A stretch of 64,000 nt of DNA from IMG/VR virus record IMGVR_UViG_3300037808_001516, positions 1-64,000 of that record; one strand, written 5' to 3'. Below, one piece after another: positions 8,945 through 17,854 of this stretch (its first letter is position 1; each line of letters starts with the position of its first letter). The notes under the pieces are model-generated. The model saw only the letters and a list, made by a program, of their open reading frames with translations. It was not told the DNA's origin and searched no databases. Position numbers and translations under genes: made by a program. This DNA comes from a virus.

Positions 8945-9547
8945 ATGATAAGAATAATAGGTAAAATCCCTCATAACCTAACCGTAGCTTGTTCTGGTGG
9001 TATAGACTCAATGGTTGTAGTACATTTTCTTCTTCAAGGTAAAAAGAAAGTTAACTTAGCTTATTTCAATCATGACACTCAACATTCTCACAAAGCTCAA
9101 GAATTTGTAGAAAACTATGCAAGTGATAACAATCTAAATCTAGTTATAGGTAGTGTCAAAGGCCGCAAGGGGAAAAGATCCTTGGAAGAGTTTTGGAGAG
9201 ACGAACGTTATGATTTCCTGCAGCGCGTTAGCAGCAACTATATTATTACTTGTCATCATCTCGACGATTGCGTAGAGACTTGGCTGATGTCATCTTTTCA
9301 TGGTCAATCGAAGTTGATACCTTATCACAGAGGTGGTAATGTTTACCGGCCGTTTCTTATGACTACTAAAAAATCAATAAAAGAATATGCAGAAAGAAAA
9401 AAAGTTTCTTGGATCCAAGACCCCTCAAACCAAAAGACGAACTTTATGAGAAATCATGTTAGGCACAACGTGATGCCTCAAGTTTTGGTAGTCAATCCGG
9501 GATTAAGAACCACAATACGTAAAAAATTGATTGAAACTTACTTGTAA
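8945..9547 (+). CDS. tilS: tRNA(Ile)-lysidine synthetase, minimal (catalytic domain only)
   Basis: PP-loop SGGIDS, HHLDD..ET, RPFL, DPSN, RNHVR; adjacent to CAU tRNA. Confidence 0.88.
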   Translation: MIRIIGKIPHNLTVACSGGIDSMVVVHFLLQGKKKVNLAYFNHDTQHSHKAQEFVENYASDNNLNLVIGSVKGRKGKRSLEEFWRDERYDFLQRVSSNYIITCHHLDDCVETWLMSSFHGQSKLIPYHRGGNVYRPFLMTTKKSIKEYAERKKVSWIQDPSNQKTNFMRNHVRHNVMPQVLVVNPGLRTTIRKKLIETYL

Positions 9548-9571
9548 AATCTGTTATAAATATATGTATAA

Positions 9572-9648
9572 GGGCCTATAGCTCAATCGGTTAGAGCATC
9601 TGTCTCATAAACAGAAGGTTTCTGGTTCAAGTCCAGGTGGGCCCACCA
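9572..9648 (+). tRNA. tRNA with CAU anticodon, most likely tRNA-Ile2 (lysidine-modified)
   Basis: Cloverleaf: GGGCCTA/TGGGCCC acceptor with C4-G69 and C5-G68, anticodon arm TCTGT-CTCATAA-ACAGA, TTCAAGT T-loop, encoded CCA; directly downstream of tilS. Confidence 0.9.
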
Positions 9649-9668
9649 ATCAAACTAAGGAGAAAATA

Positions 9669-9848
9669 ATGATTGTAGAAAAGTTGAAGAACATTTTAGA
9701 GGAATTAGCGCATGCCGAAGAAGATGCAACAAAGAGTGAAGAAGGAAATGCGTCCGCTGGTAGGAGAGTAAGAAAAGCTTCCATGTCAGCCATTAGGGAA
9801 CTGAAGGAACTTAGGAACTTAGTATTGCAGCAGATAAAGGGAGAATAA
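9669..9848 (+). CDS. Histone H1-like (Hc1-family-like) small DNA-binding protein, not in ORF track
   Basis: 59 aa MIVEKLKNILEELAHAEEDATKSEEGNASAGRRVRKASMSAIRELKELR...; SD AAGGAG; GN.SAG.R.RKAS motif. Confidence 0.65.
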   Translation: MIVEKLKNILEELAHAEEDATKSEEGNASAGRRVRKASMSAIRELKELRNLVLQQIKGE

Positions 9849-10486
9849 TGAGGGACTATTTTTGGGGTGAAAAGAAAGATGACCAACCGCAGGATCCGAT
9901 GTCTGTACATGAGTTTGCGTCGGAAACAAAAGGACACGCTTCAACAGACAATAATGTTGTAGACACTCTTCATAACAGAATATATTTTTATTCTGGCGTC
10001 ACGAGACCAAAAATACTTACTTTAAATAAGAGTATATTTAGTTTAAACGTTAATATGCTTTCGAAAACCGGACCATTACAGTATGAGCCACCTCCAATTA
10101 TCTTGCATATAAACAGCTATGGCGGCTCTGTGTTCGCTGGGCTCGCTGCCGTTGACTACATTAGGAATTCAAAGATACCAGTACACACAGTTATTGATGG
10201 ATGCGCAGCCTCCGCTGCAACGTTAATGTCTTGTGTGGGATCCCATCGCATGATGCACAAAAACTCGTGTATGTTAGTGCATCAATTGTCTGGTGTGATG
10301 TGGGGTAAATTCCAAGAAATGCAAGATGATATGGAAAATTCTGAAATGTTAATGGAGAAAATCAAGAACATCTACAGAGAGCACACAAAAATACCAAAAA
10401 AAGAGATGGATAATATCCTAAAGCATGATATTTGGTGGGAAGCTGAAAAATGCCTGCAGTATGGATTGATAGACGAGATTATATAG
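9848..10486 (+). CDS. clpP: ClpP-like serine protease
   Basis: HINSYGGSV, GCAASAAT (Ser), MLVHQ (His), HDIWW.AE...YGLIDEI (Asp). Confidence 0.85.
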   Translation: MRDYFWGEKKDDQPQDPMSVHEFASETKGHASTDNNVVDTLHNRIYFYSGVTRPKILTLNKSIFSLNVNMLSKTGPLQYEPPPIILHINSYGGSVFAGLAAVDYIRNSKIPVHTVIDGCAASAATLMSCVGSHRMMHKNSCMLVHQLSGVMWGKFQEMQDDMENSEMLMEKIKNIYREHTKIPKKEMDNILKHDIWWEAEKCLQYGLIDEII

Positions 10487-10801
10487 ATGAGTGGTAAAAA
10501 AGATAAAACTTTAAGAGAGTATACCATTGATGAGTCTCACGATGTGATAGTTAAACATCTCGGTACCGAACAGAGTAAGAATATGCTGGACTTCAAAAAT
10601 CACAGGAAATATAATAAACTAAAAAACACATATAGGTTTACTGTCAATATTATATCGTTAAATTTCCTAACAAGCATCATGAATGATGAAGAAGTCGCAA
10701 GCGTACATTTTAGCCCTTCTATCCCACCCCCAGGCACTGGCTTTGATGGAACATCGTTAAGGTATAAAGTTTACGTTGAATATTACGAAAAGGAGGATTA
10801 A
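10487..10801 (+). CDS. Hypothetical protein
   Basis: 104-aa ORF abutting clpP. Confidence 0.6.
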   Translation: MSGKKDKTLREYTIDESHDVIVKHLGTEQSKNMLDFKNHRKYNKLKNTYRFTVNIISLNFLTSIMNDEEVASVHFSPSIPPPGTGFDGTSLRYKVYVEYYEKED

Positions 10802-10804
10802 GAG

Positions 10805-10981
10805 GTGCCAACATTAAGAACAATACAGAATAGATTACAAAAAATTAAAACTGAAATAATGGAAATTGAAGCTTCAATCGAAAGAGCAGAGACGGCCGGA
10901 AAACCTCACTTTGCAAATAGACTCAGGATGATGATAGAGAAGAAGCTAGAAAAAATCAGTTCTTTATCAGAGGAAGAATGA
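10805..10981 (+). CDS. Small coiled-coil hypothetical protein (58 aa), not in ORF track
   Basis: GTG start after AGGAGG; MPTLRTIQNRLQKIKTEIMEIEASIERAE... Confidence 0.5.
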   Translation: MPTLRTIQNRLQKIKTEIMEIEASIERAETAGKPHFANRLRMMIEKKLEKISSLSEEE

Positions 10982-11720
10982 TCTCTGTCTTACCAGTATA
11001 CATTTGAATTACTTCATATAAAAATAATGCACTAGCATGCCAGTTAGTCATTATGGTTACGTGGTGGAAATTGTGTGCCGCCCACAGAACGCCCACCATT
11101 TTATTATTCATATCTAAAATGACAGACCCTGAAGAACCGCCAACCGCAGGTACTCCGACCATGGCATTCGATGCATCAATGTCTCCGCTAAATATTCCTG
11201 TTAGGATTGGCATCACTGGAGGGTGATATATACCTGCCGGCGATCCTAGATAATATACTTCTTGTCCCGCTTTCGGAGCAAACATTGAAAAATCAACACC
11301 GGTTTCTCTAAGTGTGGGTACCCAAAGAGCACACATATCAACGCTTCCCATCCCATTGTCGTGAGTAGCTTTTATTACGTGCGCTTGGTGTTGGTTACCT
11401 TTGTAATCTACAACGCTTACTTCTTGTTGATATTTTGAGATCCTATTTTCGTCAACCTCTGATTCGCAAACATGTCCCGCCGTGATAACTATTGTTTGAT
11501 CTTCAATCATGTTGACCACCATTCCACTTCCCATAGACATATATTCGCCCGTAGGACACATAGCTACGTAATCCGGCAAACATTCTAATATTTTGACTGT
11601 GTGTAATATTTTTACATAACTTTTTATTGGAGGATCGACCTTTCTTTCAAGATTTATCGTAGTACAACTAAAAATCAGTGGTAAAAATAAAATAAAAATA
11701 AGTTTGCTTTTATTCAACAT
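10956..11720 (-). CDS. Trypsin-like serine protease with lipoprotein signal
   Basis: N-terminal hydrophobic stretch ending IFSC; TAGHVC, VDMCAL, GGSSGS catalytic triad. Confidence 0.82.
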   Translation of the reverse strand: MLNKSKLIFILFLPLIFSCTTINLERKVDPPIKSYVKILHTVKILECLPDYVAMCPTGEYMSMGSGMVVNMIEDQTIVITAGHVCESEVDENRISKYQQEVSVVDYKGNQHQAHVIKATHDNGMGSVDMCALWVPTLRETGVDFSMFAPKAGQEVYYLGSPAGIYHPPVMPILTGIFSGDIDASNAMVGVPAVGGSSGSVILDMNNKMVGVLWAAHNFHHVTIMTNWHASALFLYEVIQMYTGKTEIILPLIKN

Positions 11721-11768
11721 ACATAATAAATATATATGAAAATAACTTTTCGTTAAAAGGAGTACAAA

Positions 11769-11945
11769 ATGAATATCATACTTACGGCCCTAACAATAAC
11801 TACTTTAGCCATCTGCGGGCCAGGAAAGAACACAATCAAGGAAGATTTAATTATTAAAAAAAATACTAATTCCGCATCAGAAAAAACAATTCAATATAAA
11901 AAGGTACCTACCAAGTGGGTAAAAATGCCTAAAAAATCTAATTAA
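11769..11945 (+). CDS. Small hypothetical protein with signal-like N-terminus (58 aa)
   Basis: SD AAAGGAG; MNIILTALTITTLAICGPGK... Confidence 0.45.
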   Translation: MNIILTALTITTLAICGPGKNTIKEDLIIKKNTNSASEKTIQYKKVPTKWVKMPKKSN

Positions 11946-11977
11946 TAGTGCTATTATAAAACAGAAAAGGAAACATT

Positions 11978-13294
11978 TTGGCTAAAAAAACTTACGTACT
12001 AGATACAAGTGTTTATTTGACAGATTCTAACTGCATAAATTCATTTGGAAACAACGACATCGTCATACCTCTCAAGGTTCTAGAGGAAATCGACAAACAT
12101 AAAAAAAGACAAGATTCGGTTGGCTCACAGGCTAGATCGACAATACGATCACTCGATGCACTTAGAGATAAGGGCAGTCTATCTAAAGGGGTCCGTATTG
12201 AAAAGGGACTAGGAATCATAAGAGTTTCTTCCTATAATCCATTGTGCCTACCAGACGATTTGGATCTGGAAGATCCAGACAACCAAATAATAGCTACAGC
12301 GCTTTCAGAGCAAGAGATTGCCCCTAAATCAAGAAAGCTGGTGGTTGTATCACGTGATATTAATATGAGAGTCAAGTGTGATGCGTTGGGTCTACTTACT
12401 GAGGACTATAATGCTGAACAAGTCGTACATAATGCTGAGGGATTGTATACTGGTAGAGCAGAGATACTTGTGGATGAACAAGAAATCGATAGGTTTTATG
12501 CAGGTGATGAAATATGGATGGATCCTGAAGAACACATCTTAAGCCCTAATCAGTTTATAATGCTGATATCTAACTCAAATGATAAAAAGACAGCTTTAGC
12601 AAAATTTGAGAATTATAACAAGCCGCTTCAAAAGATTGTAAAGAGCAATAAAAAGATTTGGAGTACTGAACCTAGAAACAAGGAGCAACAATTTGCATTT
12701 GAGCTTTTGCTGGATCCCAACATACCAGTCGTTTCTTTAGTTGGAAAAGCCGGCTCCGGCAAAACATTACTAGCACTAGCCTCAGGATTGGAACAAACGT
12801 TTGGAAAGGGAGCCTTGTATAAGAAGATCGTAGTGACAAAGCCAGTGGAACCGGTGGGTAAGGACATTGGTTTTCTTCCGGGCTCAATGGAAGAGAAGAT
12901 GTTGCCCTGGCTGGCCCCAATACAGGATAACCTTCAGTTTCTTATGGGGGATGACAAGGCAACACTAGAACTTTATATGGAAAAAGGTCAGATAGAAGTA
13001 GAAGCGATGACATTTATCCGCGGTCGATCAATATCAAACGCATTTATTGTAATAGATGAAGTTCAGAACATGACACAGCATGAAATTAAGACCGTACTGA
13101 CAAGGGTAGGAGAAGGTACCAAGATCGTCCTTACAGGCGACATTGAACAGATAGATAACGTCTACATAGATGCAACTAACAACGGCCTCTCGTACGTTGT
13201 AGAACGTCTCAAAGACGAACAGATAACAGGACACGTAACACTATTGAAGGGAGAGAGGTCAAAGGTGGCCACGATAGCAGCAACAAAACTATGA
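11978..13294 (+). CDS. phoH: PhoH-family ATPase with N-terminal PIN domain
   Basis: VLDTSV and D..I...SRDINMR PIN motifs; GKAGSGKT, IGFLPG, RGRS, DEVQN, GDIEQID. Confidence 0.92.
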   Translation: MAKKTYVLDTSVYLTDSNCINSFGNNDIVIPLKVLEEIDKHKKRQDSVGSQARSTIRSLDALRDKGSLSKGVRIEKGLGIIRVSSYNPLCLPDDLDLEDPDNQIIATALSEQEIAPKSRKLVVVSRDINMRVKCDALGLLTEDYNAEQVVHNAEGLYTGRAEILVDEQEIDRFYAGDEIWMDPEEHILSPNQFIMLISNSNDKKTALAKFENYNKPLQKIVKSNKKIWSTEPRNKEQQFAFELLLDPNIPVVSLVGKAGSGKTLLALASGLEQTFGKGALYKKIVVTKPVEPVGKDIGFLPGSMEEKMLPWLAPIQDNLQFLMGDDKATLELYMEKGQIEVEAMTFIRGRSISNAFIVIDEVQNMTQHEIKTVLTRVGEGTKIVLTGDIEQIDNVYIDATNNGLSYVVERLKDEQITGHVTLLKGERSKVATIAATKL

Positions 13295-13560
13295 AAAATC
13301 CAGATTTATTAAAAGAAGTAATACCAACAGAGTCAGAGTTAAAAGAGATAGTAGTTAATTATGTTGGAAAAGTCATAAACCCAGAAAGTGATGAAATTAC
13401 CGTGGAAAATATTATTGATGTGTTTGCGGAACAGTTTCCAGAGTTCTTACTCGTGTTGGCAGAAGAGAACTGGGTAAATGGATACACTCAAGCATTAAAA
13501 GATACGGAGTACGTGGATGACAAAAGTAGAATACATAAAACAGAAACAACTGCAGGCTAA
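13291..13560 (+). CDS. Hypothetical protein
   Basis: 89-aa ORF, ATGA-coupled to phoH. Confidence 0.65.
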   Translation: MKNPDLLKEVIPTESELKEIVVNYVGKVINPESDEITVENIIDVFAEQFPEFLLVLAEENWVNGYTQALKDTEYVDDKSRIHKTETTAG

Positions 13561-14185
13561 ATCGTTTAGAGTAGCAGGTATCGAAATATTCATAAAAGAC
13601 GAGGTAAAAGAGAATGTATCTGTTAGGAAAGTAGTAGAAAAACTTTATTCTTTGATTCCTCGGGCCCTGCTGTTGAACGTAAGGTCAATACACATCGGAC
13701 AATTCTCAGAATTAAAGAGCAGAAATTTGCAAGCCATGTATGAGAATTCAACTATATTTGCGACAAACGAACAAAGCTCAAACGAAGATCTTCTAGATGA
13801 TTTGATACACGAGGTGGCTCATTCTGTTGAAGAACTATATTCAAGCTTTATATATGACGACGATCAGATAAAAAAAGAGTTTCTGCAAAAAAGAAAACAA
13901 ATGTGGATAACTTTAAAGGGCAAAGGTTTCGAAATAGAGCTGGAAAAGTTTTTGAACGTTAAATATGTGGAAGATTTTGATATGTTTTTATATAAAGAGG
14001 TTGGATATCCTTTATTGTCTTCCGTGGTAGCTAGTTTATTTTATTCGCCATATGCAGCAACTTCTTTGAGAGAGTATTTTGCAAATGGCTTCGAATCGTT
14101 TTTTATGAACAAGGACATTGGCAGATTAAAGAATATCAGCCCAACTTTATATAAAAAGATTTCTAAATTATCAATGAGGAGTTAA
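13517..14185 (+). CDS. Putative zinc metallopeptidase (HExxH, anthrax-LF/Pro-Pro-endopeptidase-like)
   Basis: IHEVAH plus downstream YAATSLREYFANGF. Confidence 0.55.
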   Translation: MTKVEYIKQKQLQAKSFRVAGIEIFIKDEVKENVSVRKVVEKLYSLIPRALLLNVRSIHIGQFSELKSRNLQAMYENSTIFATNEQSSNEDLLDDLIHEVAHSVEELYSSFIYDDDQIKKEFLQKRKQMWITLKGKGFEIELEKFLNVKYVEDFDMFLYKEVGYPLLSSVVASLFYSPYAATSLREYFANGFESFFMNKDIGRLKNISPTLYKKISKLSMRS

Positions 14186-14190
14186 AGGGA

Positions 14191-14523
14191 ATGTTTAAAG
14201 AACAAATAGTGCAAGAAAAAGATATATTAAAAATTACGATCTCAATTCAAAGAAGGGTGCACGCCATAGAAAAGAAAGTAATTTACACCGGTGATCATAG
14301 AGAACTAATACCCGAGGACCTACTTGGAAAGGTAAAACTTATCTTTTCACCTGAAAAGAAAATATCTAACATGAATAAAGAAAAGTACACAAATATTGGC
14401 ACTTGGACTTACGAGATAGAGAAAAGTGAACCAGCAACTAAAAGCCGTCGAATTAGAAAAACAAAAGACTCGACAACCTCTTCGAAACGTGGTACAATAA
14501 GGAAACCAACTAAAAAAGAGTAA
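14191..14523 (+). CDS. Hypothetical protein, basic C-terminus
   Basis: 110-aa ORF. Confidence 0.6.
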   Translation: MFKEQIVQEKDILKITISIQRRVHAIEKKVIYTGDHRELIPEDLLGKVKLIFSPEKKISNMNKEKYTNIGTWTYEIEKSEPATKSRRIRKTKDSTTSSKRGTIRKPTKKE

Positions 14524-14526
14524 TAA

Positions 14527-15309
14527 ATGTCAGAAGTAAAAAGAATTAGCTTTTCGGAACTTAAGAACTGGAAAGAATGCCCACACAGACACAAGTTGAT
14601 CTACATAGACAAGCTTCCATATTTCTCCGGAAACGAATACACTGCTTTCGGAACAGCCATTCATGCGGTTTGTGAAGAGATAGTGCCAGACAATTCTAGG
14701 AATGCTATGGAAATCTTTGAATTAAATTTTATCAAAGAACTTACACAACTTAAAGACGAGGGACATCAACTTAACGCTGAGATGGTCAGCGACATGAGAC
14801 AGCAAGCTAAACCAATTTGTGAACAGATAATTCCAGCAGTAAAAGATCATTTCGGTGAGTTTGAAGTTGTGTCGGTTGAAGAGCAATTGCTAGAGCCGAT
14901 GGATGATATCGAGTCTTACGGAAAGAAGTTTAAGGGGTTTATTGACATGGTGATAAAGACACCAGACGGAAAGCATCATATCATAGATTGGAAAACTTGT
15001 TCATGGGGTTGGTCTCGCGACAAGAAGTCAGATCCCATGACTACATATCAGTTAACATATTATAAAAACTACTTTTCAAAAAAGCATAAAATAGACCCTA
15101 AGGATATAGAAACGTATTTTGTACTACTTAAGAGAACAGCGAAGAAAGATAATGTAGAAGTGCTGAGAACTACATCTGGTCCAAAAAAGACATCAAATTC
15201 ATTAAAAGTTTTGCAAAATGCTGTTATAAACATAGAGAAAGGTCTTAAAATTAAGAATCGCCTTAGTTGTAGATATTGTAAATTTCACAAAACGGAACAT
15301 TGTAAATGA
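14527..15309 (+). CDS. PD-(D/E)XK nuclease, Cas4/AddB-like with Fe-S-type Cys staple
   Basis: ISFS...CP, GTAIH, GFID, IIDWKT, QL..Y, C-terminal CRYC....HC. Confidence 0.82.
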   Translation: MSEVKRISFSELKNWKECPHRHKLIYIDKLPYFSGNEYTAFGTAIHAVCEEIVPDNSRNAMEIFELNFIKELTQLKDEGHQLNAEMVSDMRQQAKPICEQIIPAVKDHFGEFEVVSVEEQLLEPMDDIESYGKKFKGFIDMVIKTPDGKHHIIDWKTCSWGWSRDKKSDPMTTYQLTYYKNYFSKKHKIDPKDIETYFVLLKRTAKKDNVEVLRTTSGPKKTSNSLKVLQNAVINIEKGLKIKNRLSCRYCKFHKTEHCK

Positions 15310-16562
15310 CAGAAAAAAAGAGAATTTTAGTTATAGCGGATTCCCCGCTAGTACCTTCTGGTGTGGGTACACAGACAAAATATATGATAGAAGCTATGGT
15401 CAGAACAGGAGAGTTTAAATTCTTTTGTCTCGCCGGCGCCATAAAACACGCAGATTATAGAACAGTCAAGGTTTCTCCTTATGAAGAAGATTGGCAAATA
15501 AAGCCTGTTGACGGCTACGGAAACGAACAGATAGTAAGACAAATAGTGCAAGATTACAAACCAGACGCTATCTGGTTTATGACAGATCCCAGGTTCTATG
15601 TATGGCTTTGGGAGATGTCTTCTGAAATAAGAAAAAACGTCCCTATGATATATTATCACGTTTGGGACAATTATCCCTATCCCAACTATAACAAGAAATA
15701 CTACGACGCAAATGATATGATTTGCACAATCAGCAAAGTTACGGATGACATAGTGAGAACAGTTTCACCGGACGTCCAGTGCGTGAGAATCCCGCACTCT
15801 GTTGATACTAATATCTTTTGTGATAAAGGACCCACAAGCAGATCTGAAATGAGAAAGAAAATGGCATCAGACCATGAAGGTAAGGTGATATTTTTTTGGA
15901 ACAATAGAAACGCCAGAAGAAAACAATCTGGATCTTTGATATTTTGGTTTAAAGACTTTTTGGATAGGGTTGGACATGACAAAGCAATATTGGTGATGCA
16001 CACAGAACCGAAGGATCCCAACGGCCAAGACTTGGAGGCCATATTGGAGAACTTAGGGTTAAAGGACGGACAGGTTCTGTTATCGACACAGAAGATGCCA
16101 CCAGAGGACCTGGCTAAAGTTTATAGTGCCTGTGATTGTACTATTAATATTTCAGATGCAGAAGGTTTTGGTCTGGCTACTTTAGAATCTTTAGCCTCTG
16201 AAACTCCCATAATTGTAAACATGACCGGAGGATTACAGGAGCAAGTGACTGATGGCGAAAACTGGTTTGGCATTGGGTTGGAACCATCCTCTAAAGCAAT
16301 TATCGGATCTCAAGATGTTCCGTACATTTATGAAGATAGGCTTAACGGAGATCAGGTTGTAGACGCCTTAGAAAGGTTTATAGGACTTTCGAAAGAAGAA
16401 AGAGAAGAGATGGGAAAACAAGGAAGAAAACATGTTTTAGAAAATTATGGTTTTTCACAATATTCAGGATTGTGGTATCAGGCGTTCCAAGACGTGTTCA
16501 CTCGCTGCGGATCTTGGGAAAACAGAAAAGGATATAAGCACTGGAGTTTTGAAGAATTATGA
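15306..16562 (+). CDS. Glycosyltransferase, GT4-like
   Basis: SGVG N-terminal motif, RNARRK, EGFGLATLES. Confidence 0.85.
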   Translation: MTEKKRILVIADSPLVPSGVGTQTKYMIEAMVRTGEFKFFCLAGAIKHADYRTVKVSPYEEDWQIKPVDGYGNEQIVRQIVQDYKPDAIWFMTDPRFYVWLWEMSSEIRKNVPMIYYHVWDNYPYPNYNKKYYDANDMICTISKVTDDIVRTVSPDVQCVRIPHSVDTNIFCDKGPTSRSEMRKKMASDHEGKVIFFWNNRNARRKQSGSLIFWFKDFLDRVGHDKAILVMHTEPKDPNGQDLEAILENLGLKDGQVLLSTQKMPPEDLAKVYSACDCTINISDAEGFGLATLESLASETPIIVNMTGGLQEQVTDGENWFGIGLEPSSKAIIGSQDVPYIYEDRLNGDQVVDALERFIGLSKEEREEMGKQGRKHVLENYGFSQYSGLWYQAFQDVFTRCGSWENRKGYKHWSFEEL

Positions 16563-17854
16563 TTAAAGTATTATTAGAGGCACCAATACTAACTCAGTCT
16601 GGATACGGGGAACATTCTCGATTAGTATTCAGATCACTACAGTTAATGGAAAACGTGAGAGTATATACGAACCCACTAAATTGGGGGCAAACGTCCTGGG
16701 CAAGCTCTATAGAACCAGAAACAAAAGATCAGATTGATAGATCACTTGAGAGAATGTCAGAGTATATCCAAATATCAAACAACGCTGGACAAAACCCATC
16801 TTTCGATATGCAGATACATGTCGGCATACCCTCAGAATTTGAAAAGAAGGCCAAGTATTCTGTTATGGTCACAGCTGGTATTGAGACGGATAGGGTGTCT
16901 CCTGAGTGGATTGTCAGAACCCACAGAGGAATTGACAAGATCATAGTCCCATCCGAGCATTCAAAGTTGGGCTTTACAGAAACAAGTTACGAAGCACTCA
17001 ATCAATCCACCAATCAGAAGACGATTTTAGAATGTTCGTGTCCAGTGGATGTAATTCCCTACCCTGCTAAGGAAGTCTCACCGATCACCTTAGATTTCGA
17101 AACAGACACTGATTTTAACTTTGTCTCAATCGCTCTGCTCGGCCCTAGGAAGAATCTCGAAAATATGCTAAGGTGGTTTGTTGAGGAGTTCAAGGACGAA
17201 AATGTCGGACTGGTACTAAAAACAGGTCAGGTTAAAGGATCCCCGGCGGACAGAGACAGGACAACTAGACACATCAGGAATGTATTGGCAAATCATGTAG
17301 ATAGAAAGTGTAAGGTCTACCTTTTACACGGAGACTTGGAAGAAAACGAGATACACTCGTTGTTTACCCGCGATGACATTCACGCATATGTTACTGCGAC
17401 TCATGGAGAGGGATATGGATTACCCGTATTCGAAGCAGCCTGCGCCGGATTGCCAATAGTCGCGACGAACTGGTCCGCACACACAGAATTTTTGACGGCT
17501 CCGTATAAAGAGGGTGGTAAAATTAAAAACAAGAAATTGTTTGCAAAGGTAGACTTTGATTTAAACAAGATCCCAAACCACGTAGTATGGAAGGATATAC
17601 TAATAGAGGGATCCCAATGGGCCTACCCGAAAGAGAAATCATTCAAGGAGCAGATAAGAAAAGTTTACAAGAACCACGGCATGTACAAATCTTGGGCAAA
17701 GTCCCTACAGGAGAGCATTAAAGAAACTCACGAGAAAAATAAGATATTGACAGCGATGTTAAATTCTGTGATGACTACAATTCCAGATGGTGAAAGACAG
17801 ATTCTGTTGTCTCCAGACGACGCCCCACAAGAGGATGTGGTGGTATTCGAGTGA
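16559..17854 (+). CDS. Glycosyltransferase, GT4-like
   Basis: SGYG, RKN, HGEGYGLPVFEA motif. Confidence 0.85.
   Translation: MIKVLLEAPILTQSGYGEHSRLVFRSLQLMENVRVYTNPLNWGQTSWASSIEPETKDQIDRSLERMSEYIQISNNAGQNPSFDMQIHVGIPSEFEKKAKYSVMVTAGIETDRVSPEWIVRTHRGIDKIIVPSEHSKLGFTETSYEALNQSTNQKTILECSCPVDVIPYPAKEVSPITLDFETDTDFNFVSIALLGPRKNLENMLRWFVEEFKDENVGLVLKTGQVKGSPADRDRTTRHIRNVLANHVDRKCKVYLLHGDLEENEIHSLFTRDDIHAYVTATHGEGYGLPVFEAACAGLPIVATNWSAHTEFLTAPYKEGGKIKNKKLFAKVDFDLNKIPNHVVWKDILIEGSQWAYPKEKSFKEQIRKVYKNHGMYKSWAKSLQESIKETHEKNKILTAMLNSVMTTIPDGERQILLSPDDAPQEDVVVFE

Noticed and set aside
9572-9648. Calling the CAU tRNA initiator or elongator Met
   Set aside because: It has a G1-C72 pair and no three G-C anticodon-stem pairs (not initiator); the Ile-type acceptor stem and adjacent tilS favour Ile2
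14527-15309. CRISPR-Cas system
   Set aside because: The Cas4-like gene is solitary; no repeat-spacer array or other cas genes seen
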